From positions 64,001 through 128,000 of the forward strand of contig CAVRJG010000038.1 in the NCBI GenBank assembly GCA_963721455.1: a stretch of 64,000 nt of DNA, in the 5' to 3' direction. The stretch's first letter is position 1. Each line of letters opens with the position of its first letter. Positions 54,821 to 64,000 of this stretch are shown here, in pieces. The notes below the pieces were generated by a model, which saw only the letters and a program-made list of their open reading frames with translations, made no database searches and had not been told where the DNA came from. Source of the stretch: an uncultured Methanosarcinaceae archaeon. Its GTDB lineage: Archaea; Halobacteriota; Methanosarcinia; Methanosarcinales; Methanosarcinaceae. The translations under genes and the position numbers were made by a program.

Positions 54821-55531
54821 TCACTTCATGCCTGTAATTATTCTCACTCCTTCAGAGGTAATATCAAATATGGAATACCTGACCGGAACAGCCTTATCTC
54901 TCATTTTTTCAATGTAAAGATATTTTTTAGTCGTTCCAGAACTAAAATTTTCCTGTGACGTGAGCCGGATCAGCCCGAAAACCATATATCCGGTAAGCCT
55001 GTTGGTCAGGTCGTAAGAATCCTCATCCATGATGAAGAGGCTTGTGCATCCGTTTTTTAGAAGAATAATACTTATCGAACTGAATTCATCGGCAAACTCT
55101 TTTATGTCGTGGCTTATAGCCATTACTCCTATATTGTCGATGACCACTGCATCAACTTCAGAAGATATTGAGCTAAGATATTCGATTATATCCGTATCCA
55201 CAGCACAGAGCCCTTTTCCGAATTTCGAAGCACTTTTGATTTTGTTCATCTTGTCTTCGAAGATATTCTTGATACTGAGCTGTCCGCTTTTCAGAAAGGG
55301 ATCAAGATTAATCTTGAGACTTCTGGACTGGCTGAGAATATCTTCCGTTAGTTCTCTCGTAAGAATCAGTATGCATTTCCTGCCTTCCTGACAACTCCTG
55401 TGCAGGAAATGAAGCCCCATAATTGTTTTCCCTGCACCCGGAGGACCTGTAACCAGAATGCTCTTTCCTTTAGGGTACCCTCCGTCTGTCAGCACATCCA
55501 ACCCTTCGATCCCTGTAGACAAGCTTTCCAT
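54821..55531 (-). CDS. Second single-domain KaiC/RAD55-like ATPase
   Basis: STGIEGLD..GGYPKG, GPPGAGKT, VIDN, IEKMRD, FDITSEGV. Confidence 0.88.
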   Translation of the reverse strand: MESLSTGIEGLDVLTDGGYPKGKSILVTGPPGAGKTIMGLHFLHRSCQEGRKCILILTRELTEDILSQSRSLKINLDPFLKSGQLSIKNIFEDKMNKIKSASKFGKGLCAVDTDIIEYLSSISSEVDAVVIDNIGVMAISHDIKEFADEFSSISIILLKNGCTSLFIMDEDSYDLTNRLTGYMVFGLIRLTSQENFSSGTTKKYLYIEKMRDKAVPVRYSIFDITSEGVRIITGMK

Positions 55532-55634
55532 ATTATCACATCTTAAACGCAAGTAAGTTCCTTATTTATTATAATGTGTCTTAAGTGATATATTCTTCTC
55601 AAAAGAGTTAAATAAGTTTTAAAAATACAGCCTT

Positions 55635-56312
55635 TTAATCAAGATACCTTTCCTTAAACTCAGAAATCTGCTTACTGCTCCCCACAACTGCGATCGTGTC
55701 TCCTGCCCTTATTGTTGTCTGCCTTTTAATAGCATTTATGATGAGTTTTCCGCGTTCGATGCCTATTATCGTACAGCCGATCTGCTTTTCGAGATCAAGG
55801 TCTTGTATTGACTTATGGTCAAGGAAAGAATCCTTTTCAACGCGGTGTTTTTCAATTTCGATACCCTCGTAAAGCATTATGTCCTCATCGAGTCTACAGC
55901 TTTTCCCCATGCAATTTGCAGTCATTTTGGCAAGCATCTGGCCAGCTACTATGGAAAGGGAACCAACGTAGTCTGCTCCTGCCTTGTATATCTTGTCTAT
56001 GGATTTTACGGAGTTTGCCCTTGCAACAATGGTAATTTCAGGGTTCAGGCTCCTCGAAATAAGAGTTGCGAAAATAACATTGGTATCATCGTTAAGAGCC
56101 ACAAATTCAAAAGAAGCTGTTTTTACTCCAGCTGCGGTCAGTACTTCTTCGTCCGCCCCGTTACCAACTAAATGCTCAAAGTCAACATTATCAAAAACTT
56201 TTTCATTAGAGTCCACAACTATAAAGCGAAATGGTCCTCCAGAGAGTATGTTTACGATGCTTTTTCCGACATCTCCATATCCCAGTACGACCAGATGTCC
56301 TTTTGATTCCAT
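55635..56312 (-). CDS. TrkA-family (RCK_N + RCK_C) potassium transport regulator
   Basis: VLGYGDVG, AGADYV, IIGIERG, GDTIAVVG. Confidence 0.88.
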   Translation of the reverse strand: MESKGHLVVLGYGDVGKSIVNILSGGPFRFIVVDSNEKVFDNVDFEHLVGNGADEEVLTAAGVKTASFEFVALNDDTNVIFATLISRSLNPEITIVARANSVKSIDKIYKAGADYVGSLSIVAGQMLAKMTANCMGKSCRLDEDIMLYEGIEIEKHRVEKDSFLDHKSIQDLDLEKQIGCTIIGIERGKLIINAIKRQTTIRAGDTIAVVGSSKQISEFKERYLD

Positions 56313-56434
56313 TTTGACCCCAAAATTCTATAAACCGCACTCGTGAAACTTAGTTTGAATTTTTATTCTTAAATTTCGTCCTTTTTCTACCCGTTCATAT
56401 AGATAAAATTTATGATGTATATCAAACTATCGGA

Positions 56435-57478
56435 TCAATGCGTCAATTTTTTCAATTTTGAAAGCTCCTCTCGGGTTCCTACCGCCAGCAAAACGGAATT
56501 TTCCCGGACAACATCTTCTTCCTTAGGATCAAAGGACAGGGTTCCGCTTTTCCAGGTCCCTACAATTTTTGCACCCGTCAGGTGCTGGGTGGAAATTTCC
56601 TTAAGTGTCTTGCCTATAAGAGGGCTTTTCAGGTAGACAGGAAACTCAATGATATGGACTCCTTCAAAAATCTCAGTTGCTCCCGTAACCCGGCTTACAA
56701 GCCTGTCCATTGCCTTTTTCCCGATAAACTGCCCGAACATTGATTTGGGGGAGACAACCGTATCAGCCCCTGCATATTTAAGGTATTTTGAGTTAGACCT
56801 GTCCTCAACAATGGCAATGATGTTGATATGCTGAAACTCCCTGGCTGTCAAAACGATATTCGCATTTCTTTCATCAGATTTATTTGCAATAAGGAGTTTA
56901 GCCTTTTCTATTCCAGCATTCGTCAGTGTCTGCTTATCACTCGGAGCCCCAAAAATGCAGGGAATGTTTTTATAAACAAGTTCCCTGATCAACTCTTCTT
57001 CGTCTTCTATTATTACGAACAGCATGTCCTGCTCGGCCAATTCGTCTATCAGGGTTTCAACCAGTTGATTATATCCGCAGATAATTATGTGATCTTTCAT
57101 ACCGGAAGAGACCTTTCTTGGCAGCCTGAACTTGATAACTCTGTCCATCCAGGGAGTGACAACATAAGTCACAAGAAAACCCGAAATCAGAATTATACCT
57201 AAAACCTGTATAATTATAGTAAAAATTCTTCCTGCAAGGGAAGTAAAGACCACATCTCCATAGCCCACTGTTGCAATGGTAGTTGTGGCCCAGTAGATAG
57301 CGGTGACAAGGTTTGCATTTTCGGGCTGGTTCTCAAGCACCATGAGATACTCGAAAGTCAGGATGTATATGACAAGCAGGAACACAGCAGCTATTTTATA
57401 TATAATATGGGGATTCCTGTGAACTGCCTTCCGAAACCTTGCTTTGATACTTATTTTCTTTCGCCCTGAAGTAAACAT
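56435..57478 (-). CDS. 2-TM potassium channel with RCK domains
   Basis: Selectivity filter TVGYGD; HIIICGY; AGADTVVSP. Confidence 0.93.
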   Translation of the reverse strand: MFTSGRKKISIKARFRKAVHRNPHIIYKIAAVFLLVIYILTFEYLMVLENQPENANLVTAIYWATTTIATVGYGDVVFTSLAGRIFTIIIQVLGIILISGFLVTYVVTPWMDRVIKFRLPRKVSSGMKDHIIICGYNQLVETLIDELAEQDMLFVIIEDEEELIRELVYKNIPCIFGAPSDKQTLTNAGIEKAKLLIANKSDERNANIVLTAREFQHINIIAIVEDRSNSKYLKYAGADTVVSPKSMFGQFIGKKAMDRLVSRVTGATEIFEGVHIIEFPVYLKSPLIGKTLKEISTQHLTGAKIVGTWKSGTLSFDPKEEDVVRENSVLLAVGTREELSKLKKLTH

Positions 57479-57763
57479 CTTTAAAGTCCTGCCTGAACTT
57501 TCCTGATACAGATTAAGCTGAAATATCTTATAGCTGTTACTGATAGATCTATATATTCGTAGTTTAACAGAATAATTTTATGCAGAACAATTTTCTACAG
57601 AATAATTTTTTCATGGTTAATATACGGAGAAATAAGATCTTAAAAACAAAAAGGGAAGGAAAATAGAAAGAACTGGCTGGAATGGAAAGAAGGAAAAGAA
57701 GATAAGCCCGAAGCCTTATGGCTTTCGCGAAGGTCCGGGTTAATGAGATCATCTCAATATCGA

Positions 57764-59560
57764 TCAAAGCCATTGTCCTATGAAAGGCCCGAATATCATA
57801 AACATAAACGAGAACAGGATCAACATCGAAAAGCTCGCTGTTATGGAGTTTGAGATTTTTTCCGACATCAAGTCATTCCTTGTAAGGCGGTACACAAAGG
57901 AATATGTATAGTCCTTAAATACATGTCCTCCGTCCAGGGGTACTGCTGGCAAACAGTTAAACAGTCCAACATAGAAGTTCAGCCAGCCAACCCAGAGCAA
58001 GGTATTTGCAATCCAGAAAATCCCGATCCCCAGAGGTTCTGCCCAGCCAACAGGATGATAAAACTGCATAATCGTGCCTGAAAAGCCTCGGAATCCCTCA
58101 CCTGCAAATCCATAGATAGGAAGTCCGAAAAGAATAATCCAGCCTGCAGGCACTGTAAGCAAGGACGGAATCTGCTTGAGGGCTTCAAGATATACCTTTG
58201 CCTGCGGCATCCATATAGAGATTCCAAGCATATGCGACTCTGCGATTCCGTTATTCCCGTAGATGACTCCAAGGAAACCATGTTCATTCTCCGGGGGATT
58301 GGAAGAAAGTTGCACATTAAAAACGACAGTACCTTTTTCAGTAAGGTTGCCTGTGTAGTTTTCAGGAGACAGCAGCTCTACTTGTATGGTCTGGTTTGCC
58401 TGAGTCGCTTCCATAAAGTTTACGAAACTTGCAACACTTTGCATTTTCGTATTGTTGATCCGGATCATTGTCATCCCGGTTTCAATTCCTGCAGTTTCTG
58501 CCGGACTTCCCGGAACAATCCCTCCCACGAGCACTCCGCCAACATAATCTTCAGGGACTGAAGTGGCCTTTAAATCATGCACAGAGGCAATACCGTCTTT
58601 TACGGCATGGATGCGAACAGTATCTCCAGGTTCGGTTGTTTCAAGATATGTTAGCAGATCCACGGCTGTGGTGACATTCGTATCGTTAACCTGCGTAATA
58701 ACCATATCTTTCTGGAGTCCTGCCAGGTCAGCCGGGGAACTTTCATTCACGCTTAAGACCATGGCATCACTCAAAGGAGCGATTGCCCCGAGTACAGGCC
58801 CGAAGAAGAGCAGGAAAGCAATAAAAGCCACGCTGAAGTTAGCCATAACGCCTGCTGCAAGGATCCGGGATCTCTGAGTCCTTGTGGCAGTTACTGCAGG
58901 CCCGGATTCCGGCTTCTCAGGTTTGGATACCTCAACTTCTCTCTTTATTTTATTTCCCTCTTCCCATTCTTCGATTTCCTCGATAGTGGCTGTCAGAGGA
59001 AGTTCTCTTTTCGTCTCTTCCTTCTTTCCGAAAAGCTGTTCATCATCAGGCTCTGCAAAACCTCCTACCGGAACCAGAGCAAGCAGGATACCCATTGATT
59101 TGACCTTGATGCCTTCAACCCTGCAGAGAATCGCATGTGAGAACTCGTGCACAACAAGAGTGACTACGAGGGCAATAACTCCCCAGGTAAAGGGAATGAA
59201 TTCGTTTACTCCAGGAATAAGCAGGATATTTCTTGGAGCATTATATTTTCCAGGTTCTGGTACGTTTCCATTAAGGAAAGAAGTATACAGCGCAAGGTCC
59301 GAGAGGGCAATGACCAGGAACATCGCAATCATGCCTGCAAACATCATTAAGATTCCAAGGTTTGCAAAGCTCCTCCAGTAACTTTTCGGGCGGGCCAGAA
59401 CATCCAGTAGTTTAAGGCCCCTGGTTGTCCTGATCATAAGGATGGGAAGCGGCCCGAAGGTGCTTATGTTATACTTCTCCAGAATGCCTCTTCTGTTAAG
59501 AACGGAGACAAGGAACCAGTACAGTAAAAAAATACCTATTGCAATGCTTGTGCCACTCAA
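57764..59560 (-). CDS. Site-2 protease (M50) with two PDZ domains
   Basis: HEFSH, AGVMAN, SPADLAGL and SPAETAGI PDZ motifs, NCLPAVPLDGG. Confidence 0.93.
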   Translation of the reverse strand: MSGTSIAIGIFLLYWFLVSVLNRRGILEKYNISTFGPLPILMIRTTRGLKLLDVLARPKSYWRSFANLGILMMFAGMIAMFLVIALSDLALYTSFLNGNVPEPGKYNAPRNILLIPGVNEFIPFTWGVIALVVTLVVHEFSHAILCRVEGIKVKSMGILLALVPVGGFAEPDDEQLFGKKEETKRELPLTATIEEIEEWEEGNKIKREVEVSKPEKPESGPAVTATRTQRSRILAAGVMANFSVAFIAFLLFFGPVLGAIAPLSDAMVLSVNESSPADLAGLQKDMVITQVNDTNVTTAVDLLTYLETTEPGDTVRIHAVKDGIASVHDLKATSVPEDYVGGVLVGGIVPGSPAETAGIETGMTMIRINNTKMQSVASFVNFMEATQANQTIQVELLSPENYTGNLTEKGTVVFNVQLSSNPPENEHGFLGVIYGNNGIAESHMLGISIWMPQAKVYLEALKQIPSLLTVPAGWIILFGLPIYGFAGEGFRGFSGTIMQFYHPVGWAEPLGIGIFWIANTLLWVGWLNFYVGLFNCLPAVPLDGGHVFKDYTYSFVYRLTRNDLMSEKISNSITASFSMLILFSFMFMIFGPFIGQWL

Positions 59561-60470
59561 GGAAATTCTCCGGAATTATTAACCTGAACCAATTTATTAA
59601 CCTGAACCAATTATAAACTTTGAATTATGACTGCTGATCTACTTTAATTGTTGAGCTATGTTAAATATTAATATATTTTATCTGTATAATAAAACGTCGC
59701 CTGAATAAGGAAATTAGCACTATAATGCTTTTGATTCAATAACCTGTGATTTGTGACCATAGTCATACAGACCTTAAATAGCCATTGTTAAGTTATTGAG
59801 GTCAAATATCATTCTGTATCTGGCATTCTGCGCCAATTAACTCATTCTATTGAGCTTCAGTACTTCAATGATATAAAAATGTTATAGCGAGCTTATTACT
59901 GCTTCAAGTTCGATATATTTTAACATTCCTTTTTCAAAATATTCATGTTTCGAAAAAGGCACATATTAATACATCATAATTATATAAAAACGTATATGGA
60001 AATTATAAATTGCCTCCATAAAGATTAATCCTGTGGTCAAAGGCGATAGATACCAGTCACATAGAAAGTAATGTCCTTTACATTAAATATTGTTCTCTAT
60101 GAGCGTATCTTAAAACCCATTTTCTTAATCATCAGGATTTTTCAAGATTGCTCTCAAGACTGAAACTCGATTGGTCACTCAAAAAGCGAGCTTTAAAGAA
60201 GCAAATTTTTAGTTTTGGGATCGGCTCAATGACATATTGGGATGGCAATGGACGGAATTATGAAAATGCAAAAGTATACCGTTAATCAACACTTAATAGA
60301 AACCATTATAAATAGCTTTCATATACACGTAATATTTCTATTATTCTGAGGAAGTGTTCCAGGCTGGTTGTCTTTTTCTGAAACTCTATAAAAATTTTAG
60401 TGAAAATAAAAGAAGTATTTTAAGGATAGAGGAATCTATCTTTAAAATCAATAATCGCGCAATTGATCTG

Positions 60471-60677
60471 TCACCATGCTACCCTATATCCGAAAACCGT
60501 GTCCTGACATCCTTGACACAGCCCAGAACTCTCGAATTCCCTCATAAACACTTCGTTTCTGAATTCGTCTTCTTCTACTCTCTCCGCACATAACGGACAT
60601 CTACATTCTTCAACTATCGAAACTTCTCGCCCAAATCCTAATGACCTTAGAAAGCTCTTTTTTTCTATGTTCATGTC
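60471..60677 (-). CDS. Small Zn-finger-like protein (CPLC...CQGC)
   Basis: SD gaggtg before MDMNIEKK; REFESSGLCQGCQD motif. Confidence 0.65.
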   Translation of the reverse strand, partial: DMNIEKKSFLRSLGFGREVSIVEECRCPLCAERVEEDEFRNEVFMREFESSGLCQGCQDTVFGYRVAW

Positions 60678-60986
60678 CATCACCTCTACAATTCCATGAT
60701 ACAATATGCCGCTTCCATACAACCACCCAAAAAATCAGAAGTAAAAACACAGGTGGCTCTATTCTCTCAGCTCAAATACTGAATGCTCTGTGGCATCCGT
60801 ATCGACAAACAATTATGGCTGCAATGCTTGCAGTAATGTTTCAATTCTTGTTTTGGGGGTCTTGCTCGCGAATTTTTATAATACAAAAGTAGTGGATCCT
60901 TCTTCTAATGTTTCAACACTTGTTTTAATTGATCTTATTCGCGTATATAACTCTACAGAAACCAATATAAATTTATCGATTTTTTA

Positions 60987-61136
60987 GGTTCTGGTGCAAA
61001 AATAATATTTCCACAATTTGATACTATAATTTTTACCTTTGTGTATCATTTTTCCCTTGATACTATTGATTAATTTTCCTAATTGTGAAGTTTTTCACTG
61101 ATTTTTCAACAAAGCCAGATTTTTTGCACCAGAACC
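60987..61136. mobile_element. 150-bp MITE-like element with IS6-like ends, no TSD
   Basis: Perfect 16-bp TIR ggttctggtgcaaaaa / tttttgcaccagaacc; a third end-like copy ggttccgttgcaaaaa at 61175-61190. Confidence 0.75.
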
Positions 61137-61529
61137 GCAAAGTACAATGCAGCTTCAAAGGATGTAACAATTAAGGTTCCGTTGCAAAAAATCTTTTCTA
61201 ATGATATAGGACTTACGCACTTGAAATACAAAATCAAGCACTTTCGGCGTTGTGACTGGTTTATTGTTTTATACAGTTGAAGGTTTAATGCAAGAGGTAA
61301 AATTGCTTTTACTAAGTGTATGGCTGAATAGTTACCGGAATATTAGCATATCCCGACGTCCCAGATCCGGAACTTCGATAATTCTCCGGCTAGAGGATAT
61401 TTGGAAGGCCGACATAAAATTATTCCAAGCATATCCTCAAAACCCGTTACAGTGGCTCTACGTAACGTACAGTAGGGTTTAATCGAGCCTTCCCGATAGT
61501 CGACAGTCCAGCCTACCCGATGTGCCGAA

Positions 61530-61780
61530 AAAGCACAGGCTTACCTGATGTATGGACCTGGGACTTTGGAGATGGAGCCAATTCAACCGAGCAGAATCCA
61601 ATGCATATATATTCTGTAGCAGGGAATTATACGGTAATGCTTACAGCAAGCAATGTAAATGAAACGGATACGAAGACAAGAGAGATAAACGTACAAAGTA
61701 ATTCCCACCCAAGCCCTGCTGGATTCAATTCTTTGCTTTTTGTAATGATTGTATTGTATCTCTTTAAAAAGTCAACCTGA
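61530..61780 (+). pseudogene. 3' remnant of a PKD-domain cell-surface protein with PGF-CTERM-like tail
   Basis: [27 protein letters not shown]; ends SPAGF + hydrophobic stretch + KK; lacks the N-terminal part. Confidence 0.75.
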
Positions 61781-62004
61781 ATCCAGTGCCAGAACTGATA
61801 GACTCGAGGTATAAGCCGTAGAAGCTCCGGGAATGCTGAGAGACAAAAGCAGGCAGTTAATCATTTTTACCTATTAAACCGTGTATCGAAGAAGAAGCGG
61901 AAGAATTGAGAAGGGATTTTACTGAAATAATTAATATAATTCGAGGACGCAAATGAATTATGAACGATTCATTTGAATAATGATTGGCGAGTGGAAATAA
62001 ACTA

Positions 62005-62100
62005 AAAGCCTGTCTTAAAATTCAAACCATTTCTGCAATTGGATAATGGGCAATATTAATTTTAAATTTATATCGCAAATTTTTCCGAAAGACAGGCTCT
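62005..62100. mobile_element. About 95-bp possible MITE remnant (IS5-like ends)
   Basis: agcctgtctt / aagacaggct inverted repeat flanked by ta on both sides. Confidence 0.45.
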
Positions 62101-62161
62101 TAAAGAATGAGCTAATTAACATGGAAATAGATATTATAAGAAAGAAAAGGAGGCGCAGAAA

Positions 62162-62416
62162 ATGGGCATATTGAAAAAGATTTTAGGCAAAGAAGAAACT
62201 GAAACCAAAAAGGAGTCTAAAAAGGCTAACGATGATGCAAATAGAGAGAAAATGAGAACACCTTCGCCGGTAAAAACATCAATCTTTGATAAAGTTAGAT
62301 CACAAAAAGAACAGAGTGCGAAGAAGGCACCAAAAGTTAAAGCTGAACGTGTAGCACAAAAAGCCGCTCAAAAATCAGCACAAAAATCAGCACAGAAAAC
62401 AGTAAAGCGCAGATAA
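62162..62416 (+). CDS. Small Lys-rich hypothetical protein
   Basis: SD aggagg; MGILKKILGK..; AQKS repeats; T-rich terminator follows. Confidence 0.7.
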   Translation: MGILKKILGKEETETKKESKKANDDANREKMRTPSPVKTSIFDKVRSQKEQSAKKAPKVKAERVAQKAAQKSAQKSAQKTVKRR

Positions 62417-63178
62417 TTTGTTCCTTTTCTTTTTTCTCTTCAATCTCTCTCCGGAAATAGCTTAATGTTTAACCTGCTATTCTCCTGTATCAACGTTTGA
62501 ATATGGATCGTCTGCTTACGAATATTTTTTCGTTTAGCTTTCGATTTCTTTAAGAACGAACCTGGTTTTACAAATGAAGCTAAAATTATAATGAAAATAC
62601 TGTAGAATTGGAAAAAACTAATTGAATAAATTGGCAATACCAGACGCCATGAACAATAAACTGAGCTTACAAACAAAAACACTATTAAATAAATACAACT
62701 GAACAAATTAAAGAAATTTTTATCCGGAAAATTTTGCAAAGACCAGACAAATATAAGAAGTATTACCAGGACTGCGAGTAATACAAATTGACTTGCTGGA
62801 TCAACTGGGAAAAAAGGTAATAACTCAAATGAGTCTGAGATTTTAGCATCTCCTTAATTTTTGTTAATACTTTATCCCCCAAATAATGCAAATACTTCTC
62901 TATTTTTGTTGGAATATTGGTAAGTTAGGATCAGGTGATTTTTCAGGTAATATATTCTTTCTTAGAAGAAAGGCCGCCAGCCCAGTCGTGGTGCCGAATC
63001 CAGCACCACGATAACCGACGGTGTTTCGGGATATAAATGCTGAGGCGCTTCTAGAATATCTCCGAAGTCCACCTGCCAATAATACATGATCCAGAGCAAA
63101 CTGAATTCAGAAAACATAGGCAGACTAGAAGAAAAATAAATCAAAAATGAGAATAGTAAAGGAAAAATTTACTGAAAT

Positions 63179-63727
63179 TTACATAAACCGTTCAAATCTT
63201 TCCTTTTTCGCTTTACAGATAGGACAGACACCTGGCGGTTCGTCCATGGCACAGAGATATCCGCAAACTTTACATCTCCACACCGGCTTTGAAAGTTTCC
63301 CTGAAAATTCCATAGTTTCCATCATCTCGGCTCTTTTCTTTTCTTCGGCTCTTTCGGCGTCTCTCTGTTCTTGAGGGGGACGCCTTTCAGGAATCGATTC
63401 CACTCCTTTTTCTCCCCGGATAACGTCGTCCGAAACATAGAGTGCACAGTAACAGGCTCCGTAATCGTTCAGGTCGGGATCTCTGTAGTAGCAGGGACAG
63501 ACAATGTCCAGGTCTTCTTCCAGATTATTAGCAGAAAGCCTGCAAGGGCAGGACCAGTAGCCGTACCGCTGCTCATTGGCGAGCAGCCCCCGCACAAGGT
63601 CCTTTGTGAACTCAACGTCAGGGTTGAGGTGATAGCCCGACTTTTCGACCTGGTCATTCAAACGCCTGTAAACTTTGTCCACTTCTTCTTCTGTTATGTC
63701 TTCTTCGGCAACTTCCCCTTCTTTCAA
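63179..63727 (-). CDS. Ferredoxin:disulfide reductase (FTR catalytic domain plus C-terminal rubredoxin-like domain)
   Basis: CPCR, CPC, CYC FTR motifs; WRCKVCGY...CPIC. Confidence 0.92.
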   Translation of the reverse strand: MKEGEVAEEDITEEEVDKVYRRLNDQVEKSGYHLNPDVEFTKDLVRGLLANEQRYGYWSCPCRLSANNLEEDLDIVCPCYYRDPDLNDYGACYCALYVSDDVIRGEKGVESIPERRPPQEQRDAERAEEKKRAEMMETMEFSGKLSKPVWRCKVCGYLCAMDEPPGVCPICKAKKERFERFM

Positions 63728-63811
63728 CCCAACTCCTCCTTAAAAGCAAAAACTTTTTCTGAAAAAGTTTTATCAAAAACCAAAAACCTTTTCTTTCAGC
63801 CCAACTCCCTC

Positions 63812-64000
63812 TTAAAAACCTAGGGCTTCACGGATTTCTTTTTCTTTAAAACCCACAATTGCTTTCTCGCCATTTATAATAGTTGTCGGGAAAGAAGCTG
63901 AAGTATTAAAACGCCTTAACTCCTCAACAGCCTGGTCTTCTTCTTCTCCTTCAAGCTTATCCACATATATAAAGTCAAAATCCACACCAAGGTCGGTAAG
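63812..64000 (-). CDS. Glutaredoxin-like methanoredoxin, 3' part (continues beyond window)
   Basis: Own translation: LTDLGVDFDFIYVDKLEGEEEDQAVEELRRFNTSASFPTTIINGEKAIVGFKEKEIREALGF*; cis-Pro SFPT; upstream of FDR. Confidence 0.85.
   Translation of the reverse strand, partial: LTDLGVDFDFIYVDKLEGEEEDQAVEELRRFNTSASFPTTIINGEKAIVGFKEKEIREALGF

Noticed and set aside
61340-61530. GC-richer stretch as a group II intron fragment
   Set aside because: No GUGYG 5' end or domain V/VI motif was recognisable; more likely an IS remnant, left unassigned
62440-62850. Minus-strand hydrophobic ORF as an intact gene
   Set aside because: The open frame extends upstream to a TAA without a convincing start; possibly a decayed membrane-protein gene, but no family was recognisable

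Overview
Chromosomal window from a methanogenic archaeon, very probably a Methanosarcina (inferred from rRNA/tRNA sequences and gene content). From left to right it holds: the 3' part of an rRNA operon (23S, 5S); cbiZ, tRNA-Leu(CAG), argF, purD, pyrE and carS; a coenzyme M biosynthesis cluster (MoaD/ThiS, marker-16/ComF, ComDE, cysteate synthase) interleaved with a duplicated Val-Phe-Gly tRNA triplet; a TPR gene cluster that includes a heavily frameshifted TPR-nitrilase gene; lonB-tldD-pmbA; USPs; cooS-cooF; an IS-disrupted xth; mptE and ileS; a complete N-type F1Fo ATPase operon; an intron-containing tRNA-Arg(TCG); a KaiC/REC/KaiC module; K+ channel genes; a site-2 protease; and ferredoxin:disulfide reductase with a partial methanoredoxin. 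The most notable observation is a 146-aa membrane protein just upstream of lonB that consists of two copies of LonB's own membrane-anchor hairpin (19/33 identical residues in the better copy) and sits among TPR paralogs, suggesting a possible Lon-regulatory module. Other observations are a dispersed, covarying REP-like hairpin family, a duplicated tRNA-Leu 5' half, a coupled small ORF upstream of the SAMP gene, a candidate sRNA/sORF locus and several MITE families. All calls are by eye; no database searches were run.
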